Shown piece after piece: positions 25,987 to 38,837 of a stretch of DNA of 64,000 bases. Location: assembly GCA_000320545.1 (NCBI GenBank), contig ADNK01002688.1:51346-115345 (forward strand), written 5' to 3'. Within the stretch, counting starts at the first letter, position 1. Each line of letters starts with the position of its first letter. A program made the position numbers and the translations under genes. The notes under the pieces were generated by a model, which saw nothing but the letters and a program-made list of their open reading frames with translations, was not told the DNA's origin and did no database searches. This DNA comes from Bigelowiella natans CCMP2755 (taxonomy: Eukaryota; Protista; Cercozoa).

Positions 25987-26887
25987 CCTATGTTCGATAT
26001 TTCATATTTAACACTTGTACAAAATTTAGATTATGTGATTACTCTTTCATTTGCTTTAACATGATCTTTTTCCTAACGAACAAAGGCAGATACCTGTTGT
26101 TTCTTTGGAGGCACGTATTTGTTCCAACTCTGTTTCGGCCGCCATTGTAGCTATGATGCCGAAGTATCTCCTATTTGTTCGAAAATTAGCGAATGTTAAG
26201 AATATTTGTCGTGGCTAACCTGTATACTTCCTTCCGATAGGCCTAGAGACTTGAGCATCGACGTCATGGTTGCTATTCCTTCTCTCTCTACAACCAACCA
26301 CATTTCTCATTAGATTATTTCGATCAATAAAACAGTAATGAATGAATGACACGCATTTCCTATCTATTCTAGGTACCATTTTCAGCATAGTTGAGCGACG
26401 AGCATATTTGATAGAAATCACGTGAATCAAGTTCCCCCTCCATAAACCTTACGGCTGCAAGCTCGACTGATTCTGCATCGGACGCCATTCTTCTTCTGCA
26501 CGGGTTCTTCCGAGCCACACGATTCTTTCTCGGAGGTAAGTGGCCGATGATCTCTAAGAAATGGAAAATATGCGGTGTTCCTTAACTTGCGACAACCAAC
26601 GAACCCAACAACAACACTTAATAAGGCACATTCTTCAACTCACCTTATCCAAGATGTTTTAAGGGTAAAATACATGCATATTTGCTCGTGCTCCTTTTCT
26701 TTTTAACTGCTTGTTCTTTCACCAAGAAATATCCTGATAATTCTTTCTTTTTTTCTTTTTTCCTTTTTTTTCGTTATTCTGTTCGCATCCCAGCTATGTT
26801 AGTTAGTTAGTTTCTCCTAGTTATTCTGTTATGTTTTTTTCAATTTATTTATTACTATGTTTATCATTATGTTGAATAATTCGTAGT

Positions 26888-26945
<58 letters not shown>

Positions 26946-27351
26946 CGATAGTCTTCTTTCTGCCTTCGATACATTTCGGTCAGTTACTATAGGAAACTCT
27001 CTTTTTTTAATACCTATATTATATCGTTTTAGAGTATAATTTGATAATACACATAGTATTTTTTCGAGAATGTATGATAATGTCATGTCGCTATAAGACA
27101 TTGGAAATCCACAGTCAATATCCGCTTCAAGTGAATTCATATGTGAATCTTAATTTTGAACTTCAAGTTAGTTGTTAGCTAGGGAGGGGCAAGCCGACAC
27201 TACGAGTAGCAATAACATATCCATAATGTTATCATCTGCATTATTATTCCTCCTTCGATATGCGGTGTTTTTAGGAAGGTGTTAGATTCATATTCTGACA
27301 TATACTCACTCTTAGTTTCCTTTGAATGGCAGATTAGTGCTGGTTGCCGTC

Positions 27352-28448
27352 ATGGCTGGTGTCCAACGAGAGGATAGAACACCTGTGCTCGATCAGGTTA
27401 AACATGACGATGGAAAGGTCTGTTCTTCGATGATATTATATAACACACACATAGAAACATATAAATACACACACATGCATGCATGCATGCATGCATATAT
27501 GTGTATCCATATATTATAATGTGTGTTGGTTTTACATACTCATCCCACTTATTTATTTATAATCTTATTCAGATTGCGATATCGATGAACTCAGATGGAA
27601 CAGGCTTTGCATATTATCCTTCGGGGAACATAGCTTTATGCATTATTCACACAAAGACGCAGAATGTGACAATAGCTACGCTATATTGCTATGATGATGT
27701 ACCGAAATCTCCAAAGGTAACCTTAATGTCATGCTGTTCTTCACAATATCAGCTATTACAAATTTAAACCATTTAACGAAAACACAATGACAAAAATAGA
27801 TGCTAGCTGCGATCGATAGCAGAGGACACGGTTTCTCAATTCGAGGAAAGGCTGTTAGTTATGGTAACAAAAAGGAGGTACAAGCAGGGGTTTTGCCCGG
27901 GTACAAGCTGCTTTCAGACGCTGAGAACGGAGTCAGACTTGCCGACGGATCTGGAATTCTTATTCCTAGTCAAATGAAAGAGCTGGTAGTAAGAGGGAGA
28001 GAAATAAGTGATAACAACGACGATATGAACAGCAGCACAGTAGATACTTCAATCGCATCTACCTAAGATTATACCGTTGAGAGAAGGAAAGCCGATTGTT
28101 TCTAAATTATTCTCGTTGCAGATAGGGGCAGATGTCACGCTCCCCAAGCGTCTCCAAAAGAAACTCAACCAGCTTAGGTGTGATATATAGTTATTTCTTG
28201 TAATCATGGTTATGATTGTATACTGTCGCAACAGACTGCAACATCCATATGCGAAAACAACACAGTAATGTCTATAAGGCCGCTTAGTGGTACTACTTTC
28301 TCTTCATATACACACAGTGCTGATGAGAACAACACGGGAGATGGCAATGACGCAAAAGCAGCAATGAGTAGTTCTGATGAAGTCCATAAAAGGGCTCAGG
28401 TAGTAGAATGCATCTGCTGCTGCCACATAGAGAAAGAGAGAGAACGAA

Positions 28449-28525
<77 letters not shown>

Positions 28526-29095
28526 TGGTTGATACATAAAATAGAGGAGGCATAACATGAACCTACTGTCTTGTAGTTAGTAAGCGCTAATGGAGGGGGA
28601 GAAGGAGGAGGAGGATTATTAGTGTTACGTACGCGTGCAGCATCGCCAAGAAATTCTAATTGCAATGATTAATTCTTTTATTGATTGTTCTTCCTCTACT
28701 GCTCGCTACTCAGAGCCTCTCATTCCAGGGCAGGCGTTATTTCTATGGGACTGGTGTAGCAAAATCACAACGAAAAGGTGCGGAATTCTACCGAAAAGCG
28801 GCAGCCTTAGGGCATGCCCCATCCGCCTTTCGGTTGGGGATGTGCTACCAGGTAATAATTATCGTTATCCGGAAAAATCTTAAAATATGAATCAGCAATT
28901 CACGATCAACACTGTATGCATGTATGATGTGTGGGATGCGTGTTTGTGTGAAAAGTGTTGGATTGAAAGCTATAAGACAGACGATGGTGATAATGCTCAC
29001 AAGTTTATTCAATTAGAAATATTACTACATCATTACCATTCGTAAATTATTACTTAAGAAAGATACAAAGCCGAGGCTAGCCCACCATTACCTAG

Positions 29096-29128
<33 letters not shown>

Positions 29129-30565
29129 TATATTATATATATATATAATATACATATATCTTGTCTGCGTTATAATATTGTGAAACACTTTCAGGAAGGA
29201 TCAGGAGTACCTAGAGATTTAGAAAGAGCGTTGGATTTTTACGAGCAAGCTGCTCAAAGCGGACATGTGCCTGCAATGTCAAAGCTGGGTGTTATGTTGG
29301 GAAATGGCATAGGATGTGTTGCTGACGTTGACAGGGCAATATCCATCCTTGAAACAGCAACAAGACAAGGATCAACAGAAGCAAAGTGTGATGATAGATA
29401 CTAGCGCAGCTGGAAATAAACATGACTATATGTGCTCAACTATAAACAAGCGATTGTGAAAATGATGGGTAGTTGGTCCTACTTTCTTTCGGAATGTAAT
29501 CTTCAGTCGCGTTAACATTAGATGAGGATGGGAGAAGCAGAATGCAGCAGCTTTGGAAGTATTTGAATTGTGTCTTCCTTCTTTTTGAAATTATGTTATT
29601 GTAGCATTTGCGTAATAATTACATGTGATAATCATCATCATCAACATTATAGATATGAGTTACGGAGGATAAAAGGAAAAGCTAGGATGATGATGACGAT
29701 GCACAAAAAGGAACGTAAAAATGCTGCTGAAAGTAGTATCAAGGCAACAACTAAGGTACAAACGAATAAGAGGACAAGGAGGCTGGTAGTTGGGAGAAAC
29801 TGTGGTAGAATTTAGAAAAAGAATAGAAGAAGAAGAAGTAGTAGGTAGTAGTAGGTAGTAGTAGTAATATCATCATTTCTACAATAATTCCCGAGGCCTA
29901 CAGAATAATATGCAAGATCTGATTGCTTCATATGCACCTACTTGATAATAATAAATCAGATGATGAAGACGATTTTTGTATGTATGACCTTGTTCTGCTT
30001 ATTTTAGAGTTAATCGTTTTTTTACTTTATTTTGGGAACATTGTTAGCGATCGATCGATCTTGTTCACCGCCTTTCCATAATCAACCGTGCGTGTGTTAT
30101 GTGGGAATAATTTTCCAGCGCCCTGCTGCTGCTGCTAAGATAAATGGTGGCGGAGATAGATCTGGCAAAGTGAGTTAATTTATCCTAGTCGTGATAGTAG
30201 CAGTAGTAGTAGTAGTAGCAGTAGTAAGGATGTGTGGTCAAATGCCAATATGGACGATTATGATAAAGATAATGATGGTGATTAAGTGTTGTTGCCTGTA
30301 GATGAGTTGAGGTAGTAGTAGTGAGGAAATAAAAGTAGACATAATGTTGAATAATAGCCTTAAATTCCATGTTTTACGACTCGTGATGGAAATGATGATG
30401 GTGGTGGTGGTGGTGGTGGTGTCACGACGTTTAAAAGGCGTGGAACTCAGGGGCACAAGAATCAACATCGAAGCGAAATTGGTGAAATACAAGCAAAATA
30501 TTGTGTCGGCGAACGTTGAAATACTAATGAATTTCGGATTATCCAGACGTCAAACATACTTACAG

Positions 30566-30600
<35 letters not shown>

Positions 30601-31117
30601 ACCACAATTAATGAATAGGGTGCTTCCAATGGAATTCAATGTTGGAGAGAATATTTGGATGCGGTTTTATGACACGAGAAATATTGATTTTCTCTTCACG
30701 GTAGGTAGGTAGGTAGGTAGGTTGGTAGTAGCATGATAAAATACCACACGATGATGCTCGGTAACCACAACACAACAATTGATCATACATTGACGATTTC
30801 TCTGATTGCCGTAATCACTCTATTTGTTGCTCTTAGGTTAACGGTATCGAGCATGCCTTTCATATAGCGCGGCCTCATGAAAAGGGGGGGTAATTAACAT
30901 TAAATAATGTTCTAAGAATTAGATGATGAGTAGTCGGTTGCACAACCTGCTGTTCTTGAGATAATCTGAAGTAGGTTTAAAGTAATAAGTAATTATATCT
31001 CTCAAATCATAGACTACTACTATTACTTATTATAATACAAGTGTTGTTCATTCACCACATAAACCTCCCCTTTCAATCGGTGGTAGCGAATTGAGATGAT
31101 ATTACATGTTAATATAC

Positions 31118-31149
<32 letters not shown>

Positions 31150-31707
31150 CTTATCAGTATTGGATACACGATGGGAAATAGTGACCGAAGAGGAGGAATA
31201 AAGAGAAATGATGCTAAAGGAGGAAGTAGATCTCCTTCTTCTCCTTCTACAAGCACTTTATTCACCAAGTTTGGAACCGACTATCAAATGGTATTATTTT
31301 TATAATAAAATGGAAGAAAATCTACCCTACAATGTACGCAAAGAACCTAATTATATAGAGGATGCTAGTATCGAGCTAAGTAGAAATCACCTCCCTTCAC
31401 AAAGGAATGGAGGGCGCTACTGATACTATGATCATCACCACCACTAGATGACATCATTCTTCTCCTTCTGCTGCTACTACTTCTAGGTTCAAAAGGGTGA
31501 ATTTGAACCACATCTTGAGCTGCTCCGTGAGGCACACTTAATAGCAAAGGCAAAATATTGTCGTGGAAAAACTATTAAGGACTTGAGTCAAACGCTCAAA
31601 TCCGCATGTACAAGCGTGCCGAAGCCCCCCGTGAGAGCACGATCGATTACTGGGAAAATAGACGATATTGATACCGGAGGGGTCAAAGCATGCAAACCCC
31701 TTGCACG

Positions 31708-31741
<34 letters not shown>

Positions 31742-32222
31742 AGGTAGTAGACCTATTCTAATATAATTATTATTATAACTAAAATTTAGTAGTTTGAGTA
31801 TATATGTATGATGTAGTATCGGTCGGCGTCAGCAATAACAACCAACAGTTCCATTTATTTTGCAAGAACCAACGATAATATTTGAGAGCAACCCTCATCT
31901 AATCTACTCCTGCTTATACTGGTGGTGTTCACATTTTGTTGCATAGATCTATGTTGATTCGTGGATCCAGTGGGAAATATTGCCGAGACATTCCTACCAA
32001 AAAGGTGTCTGTGTTTGTATGTGTGTGTGTGTGCGTGTGCGTGTGCATGTGTGTGTGTGTGTGTGTGTGTATCGGCGGTGATGCAGTCTGTTCCCTTGCC
32101 TGCACCCAATAGTTCCAACAGAAGAAATCAATCATATTTCGAATAATTTCCATATAAATATAAGAACAACTTCAATCATCACTCAAATTGATGAGGAAAA
32201 GAACATAGTACTGCTATTTGTG

Positions 32223-32266
<44 letters not shown>

Positions 32267-34286
32267 TATTTATAGGGTGTAGAGATAAAGAAATTCGGTT
32301 TTCTGTCGGACTCGGTATTCCGTACAACTTTGGAGAGCGATAAAAACTTGAACAAAGTCGTAGCTATTTTGTGCGTAGCAGATTGGCAGCCAGCCTGCAC
32401 GCAAGTTCTTCAAAGTACTGAGCTTGAATATGCAAAGAGACTCAAAAAAGCGAAGAAAGATGGAATAGATTTCCCGTTTAAGGTTGTTATCAGTTATCAT
32501 CAGAGGAAACGTATGATAAACATCGTATTCACAAATATAAAATAAAGCAGTGTAAGAAGAAGCATCAGGCTAGCAGCAGCAGCAATGAGCAGCTTTTGTT
32601 GTACTTCATGATCATCACTAATGCTACTACTACTACTACTACTACTTCCATTTTTGTTTGCAGGTGTATAGATACGATATGTCATCGTCACGAATGATGA
32701 CTGCGCTCTACAATCTCAACACGGCACCAGCTGTTCTTATGTATTATAATGGAAACCTGGTAGTTGTGCGTCAGATATCATTTGTTAGAATTGATTGAAT
32801 ATGTTTGCATCAACTACTTCTAGGGTCTTGATTTCGTCTATTATTATCCCAGGTTTATGCATCAAAGTTGGCAGGAAGAAGTATTAAGATAAAAGATGCT
32901 AGGCCTTTCAACAAGAAGGTAATAAGTCAAAAATGGTGTTTGGTTGTGGATTTATTTGGTAAGTGTATTTACAATAATCCGAATTTTATGGTTCTTCTAA
33001 ATTCAAATAGTGGTATTAATGGTGGCGATGGTGGTTGGTTCCGAACACTGAATATCATTGGTTTTTATGCTCACGAAAGTTTCTATTGCACATTTTGCAA
33101 ATTTGTAGGTGCTTTTGGTGGAACCCAATTTCCTGATGCAAACACGATATGAACAGGTGGTGGTGGTGGTGGTGTCCACACTAGCTGATTCACTCGCTCA
33201 CATTTCTCCCTTCTCTCGCTATCTCTCTGTTCTTCTTTCCATCATAGTCGCGCATAGAGAGCAGCATTTACGTGGAACTACCCATACTTCATCATAGACG
33301 CGAATTACTCTCTTAAGGGGAGTTGTTCTTTATATAGTAGCATTTTCATCATAATTCTGTTATTAGGTCTTGAGAAAGTTGAATTTAAGTTGGAACCTTG
33401 CCATGGATGGAAAGGGTGTTGTCAATCTTGCCAATTCAAGTACTGACAATCAATTTTTGTAGTTCACTAAAGTAGTACATATCATTTACGCCTCGAAATG
33501 CAACTTCACTTTGTACAACCCTACGTATAGATAAACGCGCACAATACACAAATAGATAAGCATATGTCTTAATACATGTTTGTGTCTAATGTTTCGCATC
33601 ATCTATATAGTAACATCCGAACAAAATAGCTATGGCATTTGCGTAATTGACTTGGACTTGGCACCTCAAGAGTTAAATAGTATCGCTGGATCAACACGAC
33701 TAGGGGCATCTAATAAGAATGTAGATAAGATTAAGAAAAAGAAGAAGAAGGAGAAGAGGAAGAAGAAGGGTATTCATAGGAGGTTATGATGATGCTTGAT
33801 TTATCTCATGTAACAATGACTGTAGTAGGTGAGATGGATATTGGGAGTTGGGTTTGAATTTCCTGAGTATTTGGCTGTGAATGTTCTAATAATTGTACCA
33901 CCGCAGACCTATTTGATTGGATTAACGGCCCAAAAAGAAAGACGGCACCCTTTTGCATGCGACGAAATGTTGATGAAGCCCGTAGGAGCAAGACAACTAG
34001 AAAAAGTACGGCAAGAAATCTATTGATGTTTGCTAGTCCCTTTCCCTTCTTTTGATATTCTGAAAGATGTGTTGCGCCAATGAAGAGTGCTGTGGCATAA
34101 AAAAAGAACGTGTATATTAAACAGGTTCTTGTTAAGGTTTTGGTGAAGTTGGGCAAGGAGCACAAACATGAGGGATTTGATGGAGTTGACTTCATGGAAA
34201 AGATGAACGAATCTATACAGAATGGACGTCGGTCAATATTTTACTCATCACGTTTTCGTTTCAAGGCTACTGATGGTAACTCATGA
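27352..34286 (+). CDS. Multidomain protein: FAM194-like domain split by Sel1 repeats, degenerate thioredoxin-like fold, response-regulator receiver (REC) domain; spliced
   Basis: Phase-compatible exons encode GFAYYPSGNIAL/MLAAIDSRGHG (FAM194 N-half) and ~3 Sel1 repeats (YFYGTGVAKS..AEFYRKAAALGH; EGSGVPRDLERALDFYEQAAQSGH). Then come VLPMEFNVGENIWMRF (FAM194 C-half), CVADWQPAC...APAVLMYYNGNL (Trx-like) and VLLVEPN..AMDG..ICVIDLDL..LIGLTA..CDEMLMKPV (REC). Stop at 34284-34286. Confidence 0.72.
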
Positions 34287-34319
34287 CTTTAAAGAAAATT
34301 ACAGCAGTAAATCATCATT

Positions 34320-35400
34320 TGCATGTAAGACGGATATAACGAATCAAATTAATTTGTTCAATGGTCATTGCATGTGTGTCTAGATGTGCGTCTGGAAGGC
34401 GTGCGGTGTAGTTCATGGCATTCTTTTGCAATGCATGCGAGCATGTCTGCATTAATATAGATGAACATGCACTAGATGCAGCCAATACTTGCAGTGTTTT
34501 GGATGTGACTGCCACTACAAGTCTAGAAGTTTATAGAGGTGCACGACGTCTAGCGCTAAAGGCCTTCAAGTTGATCTGCGACACAGATGCGATGTAGTTG
34601 AATTTGAGGTTGACCACGCGAGGCACAGGAGGGATGCCCAAGCGATACGATTGCAATCTTTGGTCAACGTTCGTTCACCTTCAAATGCCTACTGACTAGC
34701 TGAACCAGCACACACACAACACGACACTAGCGACGTCTAGGCCGCCATGCAGTGCATCGCATGCTGTGAAACTTTGCTCAGCAGCATCGCATGTGAAGAC
34801 TGCTAGTCACTGTCTGCTGTGGCATGCTAGCATGCGTGCACACGATGCACAATGACGTGCAGCATTCACATGGATCGATGTGCATCATCAGCGAAAACAT
34901 CTAGGCATCACGTCACACACCACACGCACACAACTTTGTCCATGATGCACATTGCAAGTGTCGTGTGACGCTTTTGGAAAGTCACAACGAAGTGCAGTGT
35001 GGCACGATGTTCATCACTTGTTGTTCTGTTGCATGCTAGCATGGCGTTTCAGAGTTCTTGCTCATGTAGTTTTGGCATCAATGCTTTGTTCATTGTTCGA
35101 TCAACGTCCAGAATTTGTGGTCCACCTTCCTGCTCTTCCTCGATTTGTGCCCTTTCACTCGTGCAATGTTTGGACCTCAGTGGCTCACTGAACTAGCAAA
35201 GCTAGAAAGTCAGTGTTTCGGTTTCGTGCACTGCAAATGTCTTGTGTTGTAGCCGCTGCTTTGCATGCACAGTTACATCAGGATGACCATTGAAAAGATT
35301 TGATCACTTCATTGCATGCTGCATCTCATGCACAGTGCAATGGACACCAAGGAACGTGCCATTGTCACAGGGCACGGGCCATGCACTGGCGATTCACAAC
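34320..35400. other. TpA-erased island with CTAG retained
   Basis: From 34695 to 35065 all 7 TA counted are in CTAG. ORFs at 34952-35196 are Tyr-free. Confidence 0.85.
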
Positions 35401-35497
35401 ATTGTCGCAAGAAGGTGAACGGCGATCCACAACATTGTCGCAAGAAGGTGAACGGCGATCCACAACATTGTCGCAAGAAGGTGAACGGCGATCCACA
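35388..35497. repeat. 33-bp tandem repeat, ~3.3 copies
   Basis: Unit ggcgatccacaacattgtcgcaagaaggtgaac starts at 35388, 35421 and 35454, with a partial copy at 35487. Confidence 0.95.
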
Positions 35498-35613
35498 TCT
35501 TTCTCCTACGTCTACGACACCACGTCACCCGCTTGCTTGTTCCCCCATCTCCCCCCCCCTGGGCTGCTACGCCCCGGATAATTTTCTTAATCGACGACTG
35601 AAACATTTCTTAA

Positions 35614-37198
35614 ATGCTACTACCTCTGAACTATCATGGTAGAGCCGAATCTGGTTGTACATCATCACTCATAGTGTTACTTCTAGGAAGTGCATTGTTG
35701 GTGCGTAGTAGTCCCCTGTCTCTTGCAACCAGAAGATGGGGAAGAACGAACCCAAAACTAGGTCGAATGCTAAGATACCCAACTTCTGTAGCTGTTGCTC
35801 CTAGTCTGCAAATCTACACCCACGAGGTTTCTTCATCTATTTGTCTCTTCGTTGAAAGAAGATGAGCAGCGTAGTGGACATGGTTCTGCTCTCCTATTAT
35901 TTTTATCAGGGATGTCTTAAACACAAAGTCATGTTTCATCCAGAATCCCCAGAGCGCCTTCGGTATCTCATGGAGGTAGTAGCAGTAGTACTTGTTGTCG
36001 GAAAGAAGTCGTAGAAATAGTCTCTGAATACTACGACGACTACGTATACTTTCATTATGTTATTAACGTTTGGCAGATGGATAGGAACACAATTTTTTGT
36101 GTGATTATTAAATAATATAAGTATCAACTATTAAGTGTACTCTTGCAGGATATTATTCCGACGTTGTCCTCTCGCTTGAGTTTTGATGTGATTTCACCAA
36201 ACCGCCTCCCTACGAAGGTTAAGTAGTAGTAGTAGTAGGAGTAGTAGTAGTAGTAGTAGCACGTATATGAAACAATAACGGGAAAGGATGCATATAGTAG
36301 AAACAGTAGCAGTTGTAGCAGCAGTAGTATGTAGTAGTAAGTAATAAGTAAAAGTACAGACATTCCTGAGATGGTAAAACCTTCTTCTGCTTACTGATTC
36401 GTCTTCTTCCTACATAACTAAGGGAATACTAATTGCTGATACATGTGTCCGCTATTGTAAAATGATCCTACATAACTAAGGGAATACTAATTGCTAATGC
36501 ATGTGCCCGCTATTGTAAAATGACAGGAAGATCTTCAATTAATTCATACTCCAGATTATGTGGAATCGGTATCATCAACCATCAATAATTTAAAAATGTC
36601 TTTGATTTCAAATGCTGGCTGCTGCGGTGCGCAAAGAAAGAGCCTTTATTATTTTGAGGCAACTACTGAAAACCAGCCTATGTTCTCCTGCTGTTTCCAC
36701 CAGTCGTTCTGTTGTCGTCTCTTTATGACTCATCATTTTATTTTTATTTGATACAACTACCCCGTTAGACCTTTGAAGCATTTAGACAAGTTCGGGATGG
36801 ACATGCAGTTTCAGTGTAATAAGCTGCTACTACTAAACATAATAATAATATGATATAATACACGAGGATCGGTCGTAAATATACAGCATGGTTTTGATGA
36901 ATTAGTCTTATCTTTTCTCATAAACCTCATATTTGTTGTTGGTTGTTGCTGTTTTAGATTTTTAGACAGTGACACACAAGTCGTGGAAGGTGGGTTGATA
37001 ACATGATAACCGTAACAACCAAGGAAACAATTGCAGTTCCAATAAAACAACGTTCTCCAATCATTCATGACGGGAAGTGAGGGATATCGGCAGGCAAATG
37101 ACGACCTTTATCGATGATTTATCATCTCCTATTGTAAATTTCTAGGAACTGAGGAATCGGCAATGAGAGGGGCAGGTGTTACTCTTCAGGTAGTAGTC

Positions 37199-37234
<36 letters not shown>

Positions 37235-38803
37235 ATAGTAGAAGAAGAAGAAGTAGGAGGAGGAGGAGTACAAATGTGCCCCCTTTTTTTTTCTTCACTG
37301 ACAATGATAAAAAATAGATGATGGTTTCTAAGTATTAGTATTATCTCTACACAATCTACACAAGCACACTCGCAAGCACACTCGCAAGCACGTACAGACA
37401 TACACATCGTTTCATTGCTAATAATAGTGGTGGTTGGTTTCGCTTACGTCATCAACTATTGAAGATTTGCTCCTCCTCCTTCTTCTCCACAAATCATGCA
37501 TTTCCAAAGGCTGTGGAAGATGTTGTAGAGGGAAAAGCACTCAGGGCATTCGTAATGGTTGAAATCTCACGATGATGATAATGACCATGACGTTGGTGTT
37601 GTTGGTATTGATCTTGCTAATCCTTCTTTTCGTGACTACCACTACTAATACTACTACTACTACTACTATTCACTGTTATATAGGTAAGACCCCCAGGACA
37701 CCATGCAGAGCCTAATACTGCCATGGGATTTTGCGTGTACTACTCCGTACTTTGTATCACGTCGTCTGTTTCATGAAATCATCAAATGAATAAATATATC
37801 GTCAACGCACTAGCATCTTGCAGCAGCAGCAGTCAGAAGTAGCAAAACAGTTTTCCATCAGTTAGGAGCAGCAGTCCTGTCAGGTAGAACAAGAACAAGA
37901 ACAAGAAGAAGAAGAAGAAGAAGAAGAAGAAGAAGAAGAGAAAGAAGTGCGACTGCCGAACAGATAAATGTTATTTTTCTTTCTTGAATTATTTTCTCGA
38001 TTGCAACTATAGATTCAATAACATTATGCTCGGGTTAGCACACGCGCAGGTATTGTATTCTGCCTCATCACTGCCAAACACTTCGTTCAGATAGCAGCAA
38101 CTTTAATACGATACTAGCAAAGCAGCATCATGATCAATCGTTGACTTTGCTTAATATTATTGACCACCCCCCCCCCCCCCTTAAGTGCTGGTATAGTAGT
38201 AGTTGTATCACCAAGATCGGTCAATCTCATAGTAGTCTTCGTCATGTTCTTCGTTGTCTTCTTTGTTTTGTGCTTGATACATTGCTTGTTGTTTCTGTTT
38301 CGTGTTGCCATGTATACATATATTAGAGAAAATATCATAAGTTAATAAAAAGGGTGGCTTTGCTTGATTTCGATGTTCACCATGGGTAGATTTATACTCA
38401 ATCATATTGCACGTTATAATAAAGTCCTTACGATTTGTTGTATTAGCATAGCATTAAATGATGATTGTAGGCATCACGATAGCAGCAGCAGCAGCAGCAG
38501 CAGTGGACTCTTGTATTGTTCTTTGTGTGTGAAAAGCAGCATAGAGCTATTTGATGTCTTATTACTGTAAACTTTTCTTCAAAGTGAAACTTAGTTATCT
38601 ACATTGTTGTAATTATGTCTTTACGACAGACAAAACCAAGTTCTTTCTCCATTTTCTTGCAACCCTTTTTTTTATGATGTTGATAGAATGTGATACTCTG
38701 TAAATAATTTATAGTAATGGAGGTCAGGCAGCATGTTGGGAACATCCATCTCGGTTTTTTGCTTCTACTCACCAAACTCCTCTTTTTCCTTGGAAGGTAG
38801 TAA

Positions 38804-38837
<34 letters not shown>

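Noticed and set aside
26094-26145. ATG exon MAAETELEQIRASKETT as the photolyase start
   Set aside because: Its phase-1 donor is out of frame with the nearest acceptor at 25987, so the start is left unresolved.
28268-29815. Stand-alone Sel1 gene nested in an intron
   Set aside because: In-phase splice sites on both sides (28177 to 28318, and 29755 to 30119) make a single gene more parsimonious. It is kept only as a possible isoform.
33806-34286. Separate pseudogene or minus-strand 129-aa membrane ORF
   Set aside because: Better explained as the final plus-strand exons (REC domain and tail) of the gene starting at 27352.
35388-35497. CRISPR or repeat-protein CDS (ORFs 35300-35642)
   Set aside because: It is a head-to-tail repeat without spacers. 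ORFs are open in several frames simply because TA-free DNA lacks TAA/TAG stops.
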